A program made the translations under genes and the position numbers. 64,000 nt of DNA from NCBI RefSeq assembly GCF_011745625.1, contig NW_027191464.1:124001-188000 (forward strand), written 5' to 3'. The first letter of the stretch is position 1. Each line of letters starts with the position of its first letter. This document shows, piece by piece, positions 23,613-35,191 of the stretch. This DNA comes from Cladosporium halotolerans (Eukaryota). Under the pieces are notes generated by a model. That model was not told the DNA's origin. It saw only the letters and a program-made list of their open reading frames with translations, and ran no database searches.

Positions 23613-24702
23613 ATGACAGACGCAAGGTTAACTCGCTCGCAGGTCGACGACGACGAGCCGCAGCAGATCGGCGGAGCCACCGGGCTCCACGATGACAAGA
23701 TTACCACGGCAGCGACGATCGACGGCCGCGCGAACGATCCCGACGACGAAGGCGACGATGGCAACGACGATGGCGGCGACGCCAGTATTTATATCGGCTC
23801 ACGAGCTGATCCCGGAGACGATGTGGAGATGGGAGATGAGAGCAGAGATGAGGAAGAGAAGGAGGAAGATATGATTGCGAGGGACATCGGCTCACGAGCT
23901 GGTACCGGCGGTGATGTTGACACGGAGAGGGAAGTCGAGGGCGAGAAGAAGGATCGGGATGAGGAAGAGCAGGGACTGGATACTTGGTGCCGTTGGTCGG
24001 AGGAGCCGGTGCCGGAATGGTTCCAGTGGAAGGACAGGACGCTCGGTCGGGTCGCCATCTCCGCCCCATTGCTACAGGGCTACACCAGTACCAGCGCTCT
24101 CAGCTGGATCCAGTACTGGACGGACGGCTCAGTAAGACCGCAGCGCTCTGGAGGATCGGTGTTTGTCTACGCCGATACCCACGGAATCTGGCATTCGCGC
24201 ATCACCGCTCTCGGAGAGCTCTACGTCGGAAGCCACAACAACAACGTGGACTTCACGGAGATGTGGGCGATCTGGGGTGCCATCGAGCACGCGAAGGAAG
24301 TCCGGTCGCGTACGTTTCCAACTCGATCCGAGCTGCCGTTGAGCTTCCACTGACTTTCGACTAGAACGCGGCGATCAGCTGAGGCACGTCGAGATCATCA
24401 CCGACTCTCTCAACAGCAGAAATCTCATTGCGAATACGAGAGCTGGCCGCACCACGCCGACTCTGCTCGGCTTCCTCGCGAGTTCGGTCGTGGCGCGGAT
24501 CCAGGATCTCGAGAGCTCCGGAGGGCCAGTGGTTTTGGTGGAGTGGGTGAAAGCCCATGCTGGGACCAAGGGGAATGAAATTGCGGATCGGGAGGCGAAG
24601 GACGCGTCGCTTTGGAGTTGGGATGTTGCTGCGATGTACGGGAGTTCTGCGCCACCTCCACCGCCGCCTCGTACTCCGAACTACCGGCAATTACCTCCCT
24701 AG
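23613..24702 (+). CDS. Solo RNase H1-type protein with acidic N-terminal extension; exons 23613-24309, 24365-24702
   Basis: A GTACGT..CTGAC..TAG intron joins YWTDGS, FTEMWAI, EIITDS and WVKAHAGTKGNEIADREAK, the full D-E-D-H-D RNase H set. Confidence 0.85.
23793..23975 (+). repeat. Imperfect in-frame tandem duplication (~93-nt period) in the RNase H N-terminal region
   Basis: ATCGGCTCACGAGCTG occurs at 23793 and 23886, encoding IGSRADPGDDVE…RDEEE and IGSRAGTGGDVD…RDEEE. Confidence 0.75.
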
Positions 24703-26866
24703 TGGCAGGTGGCGCGTCTCTGCAAGGCATTTTGTATATTAGCAAAAAGCATCCCATCTCACGAGAGACAACGGTATCGTGAGATGTTCTTCAATGGCAG
24801 ACCATGTTCATCACGTTTTGGCATCCAATGTACCAGCATATCGTTCAATGACGAGTTGGCGGATTGGTTTCAGGAGTCTTCTCGTTGGCGAGACGTCGCT
24901 GTAGACGTTCAGCATCTCAGGTACCAGCACAAAGGAGCGGAGATACTCAAACAATATCCACAAATCTCTTCGCTGGCGGAGATCAGGATGATGAAACACT
25001 TCCAGACTTCCCCACCTGGTGTGATGGCCCTCACCAGCACATGTCGCCGTTTTGGAGTGAATAGCTCAGGTAGGAGCTTGAAGCCGTGGTACCTCATAGA
25101 GATACTTTCTCAGTCATCTCGGCGGCACACTTCTCAGTTGTCAGTTTGTGACTAGAGATCGAAGCTTCTGGGGTCGACCTGTGTGCCGCAGCTAATCCAC
25201 CACGGCTCTCGTCGGTGATTTCATGAGGTACTTCCATGCCACCTAACAAAACACTGGTAAAGATAGACGACCTTTGGAGATATTGGCTGGTCGATCGGTT
25301 AACGACAAGCTAACTTAATCCTTCAACGGCGGCAGTAGAGTTAGCCGGTTCAGTAAAAATGAATTTAGAGCGAACACTTAAGGGAGAAGCCGAGAAGGAC
25401 AAACATGCTTGATGGGGAGGCTATACGGTAGCGAGTCAAGCGATCATGCGCATATTCTTGAGCGAGTAGAGCATTGGCTTTCATTGTTGAAAGCAAGTGC
25501 TTTTCAGAAGCGTGAGCCGCAGCACGAACATAGATCGAGCAGTTTCCAAGGGGCGGTGACATGAGCAGTCCTTAGAGTCTTCACGGTTTGAGTTGGCACC
25601 AACGAGAAGTAGAAAAGTACCAGTAGTGATAAATGATGTTTTGAATAATTTTGCGAGAGATAGAACGAGTATTGACTATGCGCTGCGACTAGCAAGCATT
25701 GGCTCGAGAAGTTTATCAGATACCGTCGTAGGCAATTGTAGCATCAATGAAAAGCCGCAAATGCACCAAGTGAATGGCACACCGCAAACCCGTGTTCAGT
25801 GCTTGACTCTATTTGCTGGTGTCATCACCAAAACTTCTCGGCTGCTGTAGCGCGTTGCATGTTAAAAGAATCTGGCTGCTTCGACACAGCATAGGCGCAG
25901 TGATCCTGCCCGACAGACCCAAAGGTGGTTGGAACTCCTCGCCTCGAGAATAAGCCCCATCGAGTAACTTACCTCTCGCCCGAGGACGAGAGGCAAGCAA
26001 CCGCATGTCTATTGACCACGACGAATGGCCCTCGCACATACCTTGGACCCAACTTGCTCCCTGAATCACCAACTCGACTCCTCCCCCCCTTCCACTGCCT
26101 GACAGCAAGACCCACCAGCCGAGGGCGCAGACTCATATCCTCGTCTCCCCTTTCGAGGCGGCCCTGACGAACCGGTCCCAAAGCTGGCGATCCGAGCCAG
26201 ACAGCTTCCAGGAAAGAGTGCAGACAGCGAGAAGGGATAAGGAAGGGATGGAGGCCGCGCGAAGAGTGAGCCGCGAACTGCTTCTGTGGCGGCGCCTTTC
26301 GGCGATGTCCTTACAATGTAAGGCTGTCCGGGGACTTTCTCCCAAAGCTGCTTGTGAGGACAGGCACGAAGCCGTCTGTTTGTAAGCTTTGATTGCGATT
26401 TGTCGAGCGAGGAGTTGCAGAAGGGAGAGATGAAGTTGGAAAGCAAAGCTTTTTGAAGCGCAGACTCGGCCGGGAGTGGCCGCGGGCAAGGGCGGTGCTT
26501 GGCGCCAGCCCGAGAGCTTGGACGCGACCGCAGAGAAGCAGGCAAGCGCGTTTTCGGAGCTGGTCCGCGTTCTGGCAGGCACAGGTTCACTTCACTTCAA
26601 GGTACCTGAGCAACGTCGCATTTGGCACGTGAGTGAATGCGTCGCGCTGCACGTCATTCACGAGACTTGAACCAGCGCGCAAGCTAAGTATCGCGATACG
26701 AAAGTCGCATCCAACTTCGAGTAAGCATCCACCCACACCCAACCGCGCATCACCAACCGCAACCATGTCGTACTTCAACAGGAGCAAGAATTCTAATTCC
26801 TCTCAGCCTTTGCGCAAACCCTCAACCGTCCCACGCGCAGCTTCAGGATCTGATCGCAACACCGAA

Positions 26867-27961
26867 ATGGCTCTCTTCGGCGGCGCAGCTGCCGCTTCGA
26901 ACGCAAACCCTACCCAGGGCGACCTCAGCAAGGACGTGCCTTTGGCCAACCCGCCTGAGGACAGCATCTCCGACATCAGCTTCTCGCCACAAAGCGACCA
27001 CCTCGCCGTTGCCAGCTGGGATAAGAAGGTCCGCATTTACGAGATCGACGGAAATGGACAGAGTCAGGGCAAGGCTATGTTTGAGCACGAGGGCCCGGTC
27101 CTCTCGTGTTGTTGGTCAAAAGACGGTCAGAAGGTTTTCGGCGGTGGCGCTGACAAGGCTGCCCGCATGCTCGATCTCGGCGCTGGTGCTACCACCGCGC
27201 AGCAAGTCGCGGCGCACGACGAGCCGATCAAGTGCGTCGAGAGCATCTTCGTCAACGGCCAGCACATGCTGGTCACTGGTAGCTGGGACAAGACCGTGAA
27301 GTACTGGGATCTCCGTCAGCAGTCACCTGTCGCCTCCATCACCTGCCAGGACCGTGTTTACACCATGGATGTCAGACACAACGCAACTACCAACAACACC
27401 GATCTTCTCGTTGTCGGCACTGCTGAGCGCTGGATCAACGTTGTTGACCTCAAGAACCCCGGCACTTTCTTCAAGTCCATTCAATCGCCCCTGAAGTGGC
27501 AGACCCGCACTGTTCGCACCTTCAACGACGCCACCGGCTTCGCGATCGGCAGCATCGAGGGCCGCTGTGCCATCCAGTACATCCCGGACGACAAGCAGAC
27601 CAACAACTTCAGCTTCAAGTGCCACCGCGCCAACTCAGCCGCCGACCGCAACATCTCGAACGTCTTCTCCGTCAATGCCATCTCCTTCCACCCTGTCCAC
27701 GGCACTTTCTCCACCGCAGGCGCCGACGGCACATTCCACTTCTGGGACAAGGACGCCAAGCACAGACTGAAGGGCTACCCTGACGTCGGCGGCAGCATCA
27801 CCGCGACCGACTTCAACAGGACCGGCACCATCTTTGCCTACGCAGTCAGCTATGACTGGAGCAAGGGCCACCAGCACAACCGCTCAGACTACCCTAACAA
27901 GATCATGCTGCACCCGGTCCAGGGCGATGAGTGCAAGCCGAGGGACAAGAACAAGAGGTAA
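26867..27961 (+). CDS. RAE1: mRNA export factor Rae1/Gle2 (WD40); possible upstream in-frame start at 26765
   Basis: MALFG…PPEDSISDISFSP…ASWDKKVRIY…VTGSWDKTVKYWDLR…SPLKWQTR…GSIEGRCAIQY…FSFKCHR…FAYAVSYDWSKG. Confidence 0.96.
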   Translation: MALFGGAAAASNANPTQGDLSKDVPLANPPEDSISDISFSPQSDHLAVASWDKKVRIYEIDGNGQSQGKAMFEHEGPVLSCCWSKDGQKVFGGGADKAARMLDLGAGATTAQQVAAHDEPIKCVESIFVNGQHMLVTGSWDKTVKYWDLRQQSPVASITCQDRVYTMDVRHNATTNNTDLLVVGTAERWINVVDLKNPGTFFKSIQSPLKWQTRTVRTFNDATGFAIGSIEGRCAIQYIPDDKQTNNFSFKCHRANSAADRNISNVFSVNAISFHPVHGTFSTAGADGTFHFWDKDAKHRLKGYPDVGGSITATDFNRTGTIFAYAVSYDWSKGHQHNRSDYPNKIMLHPVQGDECKPRDKNKR

Positions 27962-28662
27962 AGTGGTGGCTGCAGAAATCACTTGCATAGGCGGGCTTGC
28001 GAGGGAAATCATGGGTAACAGTTTGGCGAGCCAGCCCAGGAGGCAGGGTTTGGCAAAATCATTTCAAGCGTGGCGCTAGGCGTTGGGTACGATGTTATGC
28101 GGCAGCATTGGACCGAGTCTATCTCTACTCTCGAGGAGACTCGACCATTTGCGGGAGATTGTAAGATCATGTGGCTTAGGTAAGCTACAGTGAAATCAAG
28201 AATTTGATCATTATGACATTCACCTGCAGTTCCGTTTCCACCTATGAAGCTGAGCCCACTCAAGAAAAGCATTCCGCTCTATTCGGTTCAGTTGTCAGGC
28301 ATGTGGCTGTGAGCACTATTGTTATGATGATTCTGAGGCAGCAATCTGCTCCCAGCTTTGTGTTGCCTCGGCTTGAGGTCTCAAATCGTCCAGTTGTGAG
28401 ATCAGACTCAGATGCTCGAAGAGATGTTGCAATTGAGACATCGACAGTGTGTGAGAGGAGAGGCTTTTTGGGGAAATCTCAGTGCATTGATTTGATTAGG
28501 GAGCTATAGTGTCTCCTGAATGTTCGAGGCAGGTAAGCAAAAAGAAACCAACCATTACGACTTTCCTGAACTTGCTCATCGCTGTCCAACCAATTATTTT
28601 CCATTCTTCGCTGAGCTGAACCTTAGCATGCTCGACTCCCGCCTGTTCTTTCGGAATCAATC

Positions 28663-29478
28663 TCAGGCCCATCCCATCCCCATGGCACCGCCGATATAGT
28701 AGATCTCGTCGTCATCCTCAATCACCTGCGATAATGTCAGCTCGAACCTCCTCTCGAAGGAACCCACTCGCACTCACAGCGGCCGGGCTCGGCGGCGATG
28801 ATTCCTCTCTCCAGAACTGCTCCTGAGTACCAATGGCGAGCTCAATGCCATACTCTACGAACTCACGCTTCTCCTGCAAGAGAGTCAATTCGAAAACCTG
28901 CCCAAAAGAACACAAATGGCACTCACCTCAGTCACAGTGACCGGTCTCGGCGGCGGAACTCCCTCTCTCCAGAACCGCTCCGGTGTGCCAACGGCGAGCT
29001 CAATGCCGCTCTCCATGAACTCGCGCATCGCGCGCAGAGTCTTGCTCTTCCCAATGCGGTCGATAGCAAGCGTGGCCACACAGCGGTTGCGCCCGATGCA
29101 AAGCCTACGGCGGTCCGTATCGATCTCAGTGACCGGGTGCGTGCGGCTCAGGTGGTCCATCCTCTGGCGCTCCCACATGATCCAGCGCAGGAGCCTCTCG
29201 TCGGCGGCGATGGCGGAGTCGAGATGAGCGAACCAGGGCTCCCAGGCTTCGGCGCGGAGAGTGCGGTTGGCGCGCATAAAGTGCGGGACGGGGAAGGTGG
29301 CGAGGCGGGAGATGGCGGGATTGCTGTTGAGGGAGTCGAAGACGTGGCCGTAGATTCGGAGGCGGACCTCTCTGGGGAAGTCGAGGATCGTGGTGGGTTT
29401 TTTCACTGCCTGTGCTGCTTCCTCCCTCCGCGCTGCCTCGACGATCTGGTCCTCACGCATGCTGTACTTGCCTTCCAT
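28663..29478 (-). CDS. F-box-like hypothetical protein with a duplicated exon; exons 29478-28927, 28873-28778, 28725-28663
   Basis: ILDFPREVRLRIYGHVF…PHFMRANRTLRAEA F-box-like motif. Two GTGAGT..CAG phase-0 introns give a continuous frame ending VIEDDDEIYYIGGAMGMGWA*. Confidence 0.65.
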
Positions 29479-29662
29479 GTGATTGTTCTCCGTGGTGGTG
29501 GGTGGAGGATCGGTGGTGGAGTGGATGGTAGCAGTTTGGAGGGCGCTGAGAGAGGAAAAGTGATGGTGGCGTTGAGAGCAGTCACATGCAAACGCAGATT
29601 GGCAGGAACCCGAAAAGAGAAGGCACGATGGTGGTCTGGGTCGCTGTCACATGTCACGTGAA

Positions 29663-29704
29663 TGCTGCTGCTGCTGCTGCTGCTGCTGTTGCTGTTGCTG
29701 TCGC
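29663..29704. repeat. (TGC)n microsatellite with degenerate tail
   Basis: TGCTGCTGCTGCTGCTGCTGCTGCTGTTGCTGTTGCTG read directly. Confidence 0.9.
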
Positions 29705-32700
29705 TATCGACGCCGTTGGCTTCAACCTTTTCGCAGACCTCAATCAGATATATGAGCATCGAGAATCCGCTCTCTGGCACTCGGGCAATTCCCGTCATTG
29801 TGAACGAGTTGGACCAATATATCGATCGATTGATTCATTTGAGAAGGACTCCCATACCAAGTACCGGTCTCTGAGAGTTTGCAGACACCTAGGAGTGAAG
29901 AACGGACTCGCTTCTGATATTGGCATGATTGTACACTTCCACAAGTCTTTCGAAGGGGGTGTGTTCCCAGCGAACGCATCGTAGGGTGATTCGATGACTT
30001 GTCAACGATTGATTTGCGTCGATTCAAAGTTGCTTTTGACCCTAACAGCACTTCCAGACGGCGAGTATGGCGAGCAATAATCTGGAAATAACCAGCGGGC
30101 ACTCACTTCGACAGCCCGCAACAACACAACGTGGAACCGTCTGCCAAAGAAAAAGCTCCCAGAGCATGCCATCCAACGATGACCACAGCACGCAACCCAA
30201 CTCGGAGCAGACGATGCGTCGTCATGACAGAGACTCCGTACGCCATTCACACAAGATGTCAGCCCACTGAACTACAGCGAACACTCACACCCGCATCAAC
30301 TCCCCAGTCGGTCCTCCTAGCTCCGGCTTTCCATCCACGAGAACACCTATCGATCGCATGAACTTGGCAGACCCGCCACACAACCCCCAACACTCACTCG
30401 ATCACTCCCAAGCAGCGAACCCATCACCGTCATCTCGACGATCCAGACCGCCAACTCCCTCCCAAGCACAGACAGGCAGCCCCGTCAACAACCACATCAC
30501 CATACGCCCGTAAGCGCCCAGAAGCCCCCTCACGACAAGCCTACAATACTATGTACCTGCCAACCCCGAAGCCTGAACAGTCAGCAAGTCCGCGCGGCAA
30601 CTTCCGCAAAACAACCACACCGACGGCGACAAGGCAAGCACTCCTCCCACGCCCGCCGCTCGCTCGAGCCGAGCCTCATCCTCGCGGTCGCCAGCCAGCA
30701 GCGAAGCGGGCCGCATCGCCAGCCAAATCACGAAAGCGCGGCGCCAGGCGTCTTCACACATCAGTCCCTGACAGCCCTATAGTGCGCCTGTCTCGCGAAA
30801 CTCTGTCCCGAACAACCCCAGCAGCAAGCAGCGAATGGGAGTCTTCCCCGCCGGCAGCCGGAGCGCCTGACATCAGAACCGCAGGCGTGGGCGTGGTTGT
30901 TTCTGCTACTGTGCTGTGCTGTCCTGTACGTGCAGTGCGTTTCGGACATATCGACGCCCCAAGCAGTCTGCGCGGCGGAGAGCGGACGGCGGGCTTCTTC
31001 AGGCCAACCATCGGTCGCTGGGCGGGCGGAGCGGGCTCCGGGCGAGATTACACAGAGGCTGGGCTGGAGAGTTGCCTATTAGGGAACTTTGGTGGGGGGT
31101 TTTGTGCTGGCGGGGAGGATGCTGTGAGGGGGAGGTGATCTGCCTCAGCTGGGGAGAGAGGTTTTCGCGTCGCTGCGAGGCGAGGAGAGCTGGTTGTTTC
31201 GATCGTGAGGATCGGGGGATCGGGGATGCGCGCGCACGCACGGTGGTTGCCTTGCATAGAGACGACGTTCGTAGGCGGGCGTGGGGGTCGTTTGTGGATT
31301 GCTCCGAATGTAGAGGGGATGATATGAAGGGATACAACCATGATCGAGCGTAGCAGGGGAATACGATGGCCGACCCGGCGGTCGGGTAAGTTGAGCAAGC
31401 GAGCGACGGTAACAATGATGGGCAGGCAGGCAAGACGACGGCGGCGGCGTAGCGATGGCACCCAACGCCGCAACGAGCGAACGCCGGCTCCCGTAGCAGT
31501 GGCACACAAATCTCGCATGCGCATGCCATGTGGTCTTGCTGCAACGGCGACATGCACGATCCCGAACTTCCGCACCGGAGGACACCTCGCTCGCGCCGCC
31601 TGCCTGCCTGAGGGATTCTGTCGGCGTTTGAGCGCGAACGGGTCTGCGCAGCAAGTTGCAAGGCAGCTGCCTCACGTACGATCATGATACCGAATTCGCC
31701 CTGCCGACTAATGTGCGGCAAAGGGAATTTTTACGAGTAAAACGAAGCGAGCGTGGTCGGGCGAGCCCCTGGTACACTACGGTATGAGCGCTGTCATGGT
31801 CAAGCAGTTGGACATCGGGCGGCGAGGTATCTCCGGGATTGGAGCGCTGGCTAAGGTACCTTGTTGCACATGGGTCCGTTGGAGGCTACAGCAGTCCACT
31901 GCTTGTCGTTGTGCCCTTGCGAAGAAGGCCTTAGACCTCCAACGCGCCTGCGCCGGTGCGTCTCATCAAATTCGCGAGCAGCGCTGGTCTGCAGGCGTGG
32001 AGACACTCTGGATCCATCCAGCCCAGCCCGCTTCTCGCAGCCGGAATCCCACGCACATGGCCGCCACGAGCGCCGGGCGCAGCGCTTCGTTTCACGTCTC
32101 CTCCGTCAGCCTTGCCCGGCCATGGCACGCTCGCAGCCTGTCGCCAGGCATTCCCTTGCCACCTTGGCCCTGCGAGCAGAGGGAACAGTCCAGCGCCATG
32201 CCCAAGCTGCCGCCCACGCCAGACGCGCAGGCGTGAGGATGAGCCTAATGCCACGTGTTGGGCGACCCACATGGCTTCGGCGTCGGCGCTGGGAGGGGCA
32301 CGGCCAAGGAGAGCGAGAGCCGTAGGCGGGCTGGCGTGGCTTGCATTAAGTGCTGGGGGCGTGACCGCCCACGTGGAAGCCTTCTTGAGCTGCCAGGTGC
32401 GATTCCGCGATCCGAGGCAAACGAAGCGGTGGGCGGCGAGCACGTCGCCCGCGCATCGGTGGCGCGCGCACCAGGCGGTCTGAAGACGTCCAGCCGGCTA
32501 GCGCGCGAGAGGGCAACGAGGGCATGAGAGAGAGGTGTCGCTTTTTCTCGCTAGTCAGAGGCGTGGGATACGCCCGCGGCCCCTGCTTGCCCGCGCACGT
32601 GTGGTGTGGGCGAACAGCTCTCTTCCTAGACTCGAGGGCGATAGATGTGGTCAAGACAGGCGACGGCATCTCAAATCAGCGTCGCTGACTACTCGGCGGT

Positions 32701-35191
32701 CTGCCGACGGTCGGCGAATGGCGAGGCGGCGATGTGCAGGGATGGCGGCGCTTGAATTAAAAGGTAGCCGCGAGTTTCATCGGCCGTGATCGACCGGAAA
32801 AGGTTCGTATTTTTGGTAATAGCGTTTCGGAGGACGGAGGATCGGGATGGGAGCCATGGGGGAGGGGGAAGAGCACGCATCTTGGCTCGAATGGCCATGT
32901 GGCCTGGGGTTACACGAGAGCATGCGATTGACGATTAGAGTGATTTACGCTTCGCCAACGGTCGATAATGTGCCACGTTGGCGAGGTACCGCACGTCCGG
33001 ACATGTTCGCGCCAAGGCGTGGCGAGTCAATGAGATGATTTGAGAGCGCGCAGCTGAGTAGCAGCGTGCATGCACGCAGGCCTGCACGTTTGGCGTGGGG
33101 CTGCGGCCTGCGAGGGACGGAATAGCACGCTCGAACGCCCAGCTGCATCGTGCAATGCGCCTGTGTGGCACCGGGCGGGGGTTGATGCATGTCAATATCA
33201 AACACGAGGCAGGCTGCCGTGCGACGCCGCAAACGTGTCGAAGGAACGGGTGTGCGCGCTTACACGACGCCGCCGATCGCGGTGAGGGGAAGGCAGGATG
33301 TACATGTGCGGCGTCATGGTGTCATATCAAGCAGGCGGCAGACGGGCGGCGTGCAGAGCTGTCGCGTCCTCGGGGAGGCGGCGAGCAATGGCGACACATG
33401 GATTTGGACATGATAAGGTAAGAGGTGTTTACGGACGAGCGGCTGAGCGGCCGTCAAGGTGACGGTAGTGGTGATACCTAAGGTATGCTATCGACACCGA
33501 CTTCTGAGCGCAAGGCTGCCGCCGCTGCCCTAGACCGCGTGGCGGAAAGGGAATGGTACAAGCGGGCGCGAGTCGATCACCTCGGCGGCAAGCCACTCGA
33601 ACGGCTCCCCTGGCATGGAAATTTTCACGGCCTTCTAGCGTCGACGGGCGCAGACTATGGTTTGACCACGGACGAGCAGAAGCAATAGCCGACGCCACGC
33701 GTGCGCAGAGACGTGCCCCCAACGCGGCGAAGAATTGTTGCAGAAAAGTCGTGCGTAGGGCGAGAAGTAGGCGGCCACGCTGGATGGCGCACGGCGAGCT
33801 GCCCGTCCCCACCGCGCTGCCGCCAGGTCGGCATGCGCCTTGCACGTGTCGCCGGCAAGGATCAGCCCGGCAGATGATTCCTACGCCCGGGCGCACTGCG
33901 GGCCAAAAGTCGCGGCATGGCTGCGAGCGGGTGCGGCGCCCATGACTCTGACGGCCAGGAGAGGAGGTGGGCGTGGCGATGCTCTTATTGCCGGCGCTGT
34001 CCGAGCGCTGATCTACCTAGTCGCTGGGAGAGCTGCCTGGAGCCCATGTGGGAAACGCACGCAGCGAGCGAGAGGCGAGCGCGCGATCGGCAGTGCGAGC
34101 AAACCATCGCCAGGCCGTCACCCCGTCGACTTGCCGCATTGGACACGACGGCCTTTGCTCCTGGACACGTGAAGTGAGAATGAGCACGATGGCCGCCCCA
34201 CTGGCAGATCACCTCATCCTGATGACGGGCGAGCATGGGATACCCATGGACAGAAGCTTTTTCGAACGTTCTGCATCTACCTGAAACCCCGTGTCACCCT
34301 GTGACCACGACGCGAGACGGCGTGGACCCGGGAGGTGTGCGATGTGCGAGGCGGCCAGGAGGACATGGGGATCTGTCGAAGGCGGCATGCAAGTATGGCG
34401 TTGTTGCGGGTACGCACTGCACGCATGGCTACAGCGCATCGTACGTCTGCCTCGAGCCGGCGCAGTTCCGCGCGGCGTGCGTGAGATGGGAGTGCATACC
34501 GCCCGCGCTGCGTGCCCATGTTTTAGGTTGGTGAGACGGCCATCGCTCGGTGCCGCGGATGCCGCGTGGGCAGGGTCGGCGGCAGAAGTGGTGGCGGACA
34601 CCTGGGTGCAGTCGCCGAGCGCTGGCACAGCAGTCGCATGCGGTGTGTATGGTAGCACTCTGCCCGAGGCCTGACACGTGAGCCGGGCGCCCAACGGCGG
34701 TGCCTGCGGGAGAGTGAGACCAAGGACCTGTCTCCCTGTCTGTGCGGCGAGGCGAGGCCGCGGTGAGAGCCTGAGAGGTGTGAGACGACGCACACGCTGG
34801 CGCGCAGGCGTGGCAGGCCCAGCAGCAACAGCATCGACCGGCCGCCATCCATGCCCGGCGGCCGACCGGGATGAGTTGCTGCTGCGGCGCTCGCAGGCGC
34901 ACCACTCGCACATCCAGGGCAGCGGACGGGCGTGCCATGTGTCATGGCAGGCGTGCCCTGGCGGGCTGGCGCGGGAGGGCGCGCAGGCCGCACCGCTGAG
35001 TCCATCGCCGGGCGGCGGCCGCGACCTTTGGCGCCGTCGCTGTGGCTCGCCGTCGCGGGCGCGCGTGCGTGCTGGCGCTGGCAGCAGCGCGGATCGATCA
35101 GCAGCACTCTGACCGCACAGGGCGAGGGCGTGGGCGCACGACCCTGGCCTAGCCTACCCATGTCTGTCCTGGACCCACCGCGCTCTATACT

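Noticed and set aside
23613..26600. LINE or LTR retrotransposon suggested by the RNase H
   Set aside because: No RT, endonuclease, gag, integrase, LTRs, poly(A) tail or target-site duplication seen; the RNase H has an intron.
30000..35190. Numerous 100-240 aa ORFs on both strands
   Set aside because: R/A/P/G-rich translations expected from high-GC non-coding DNA; no codon bias or consistent splice model.
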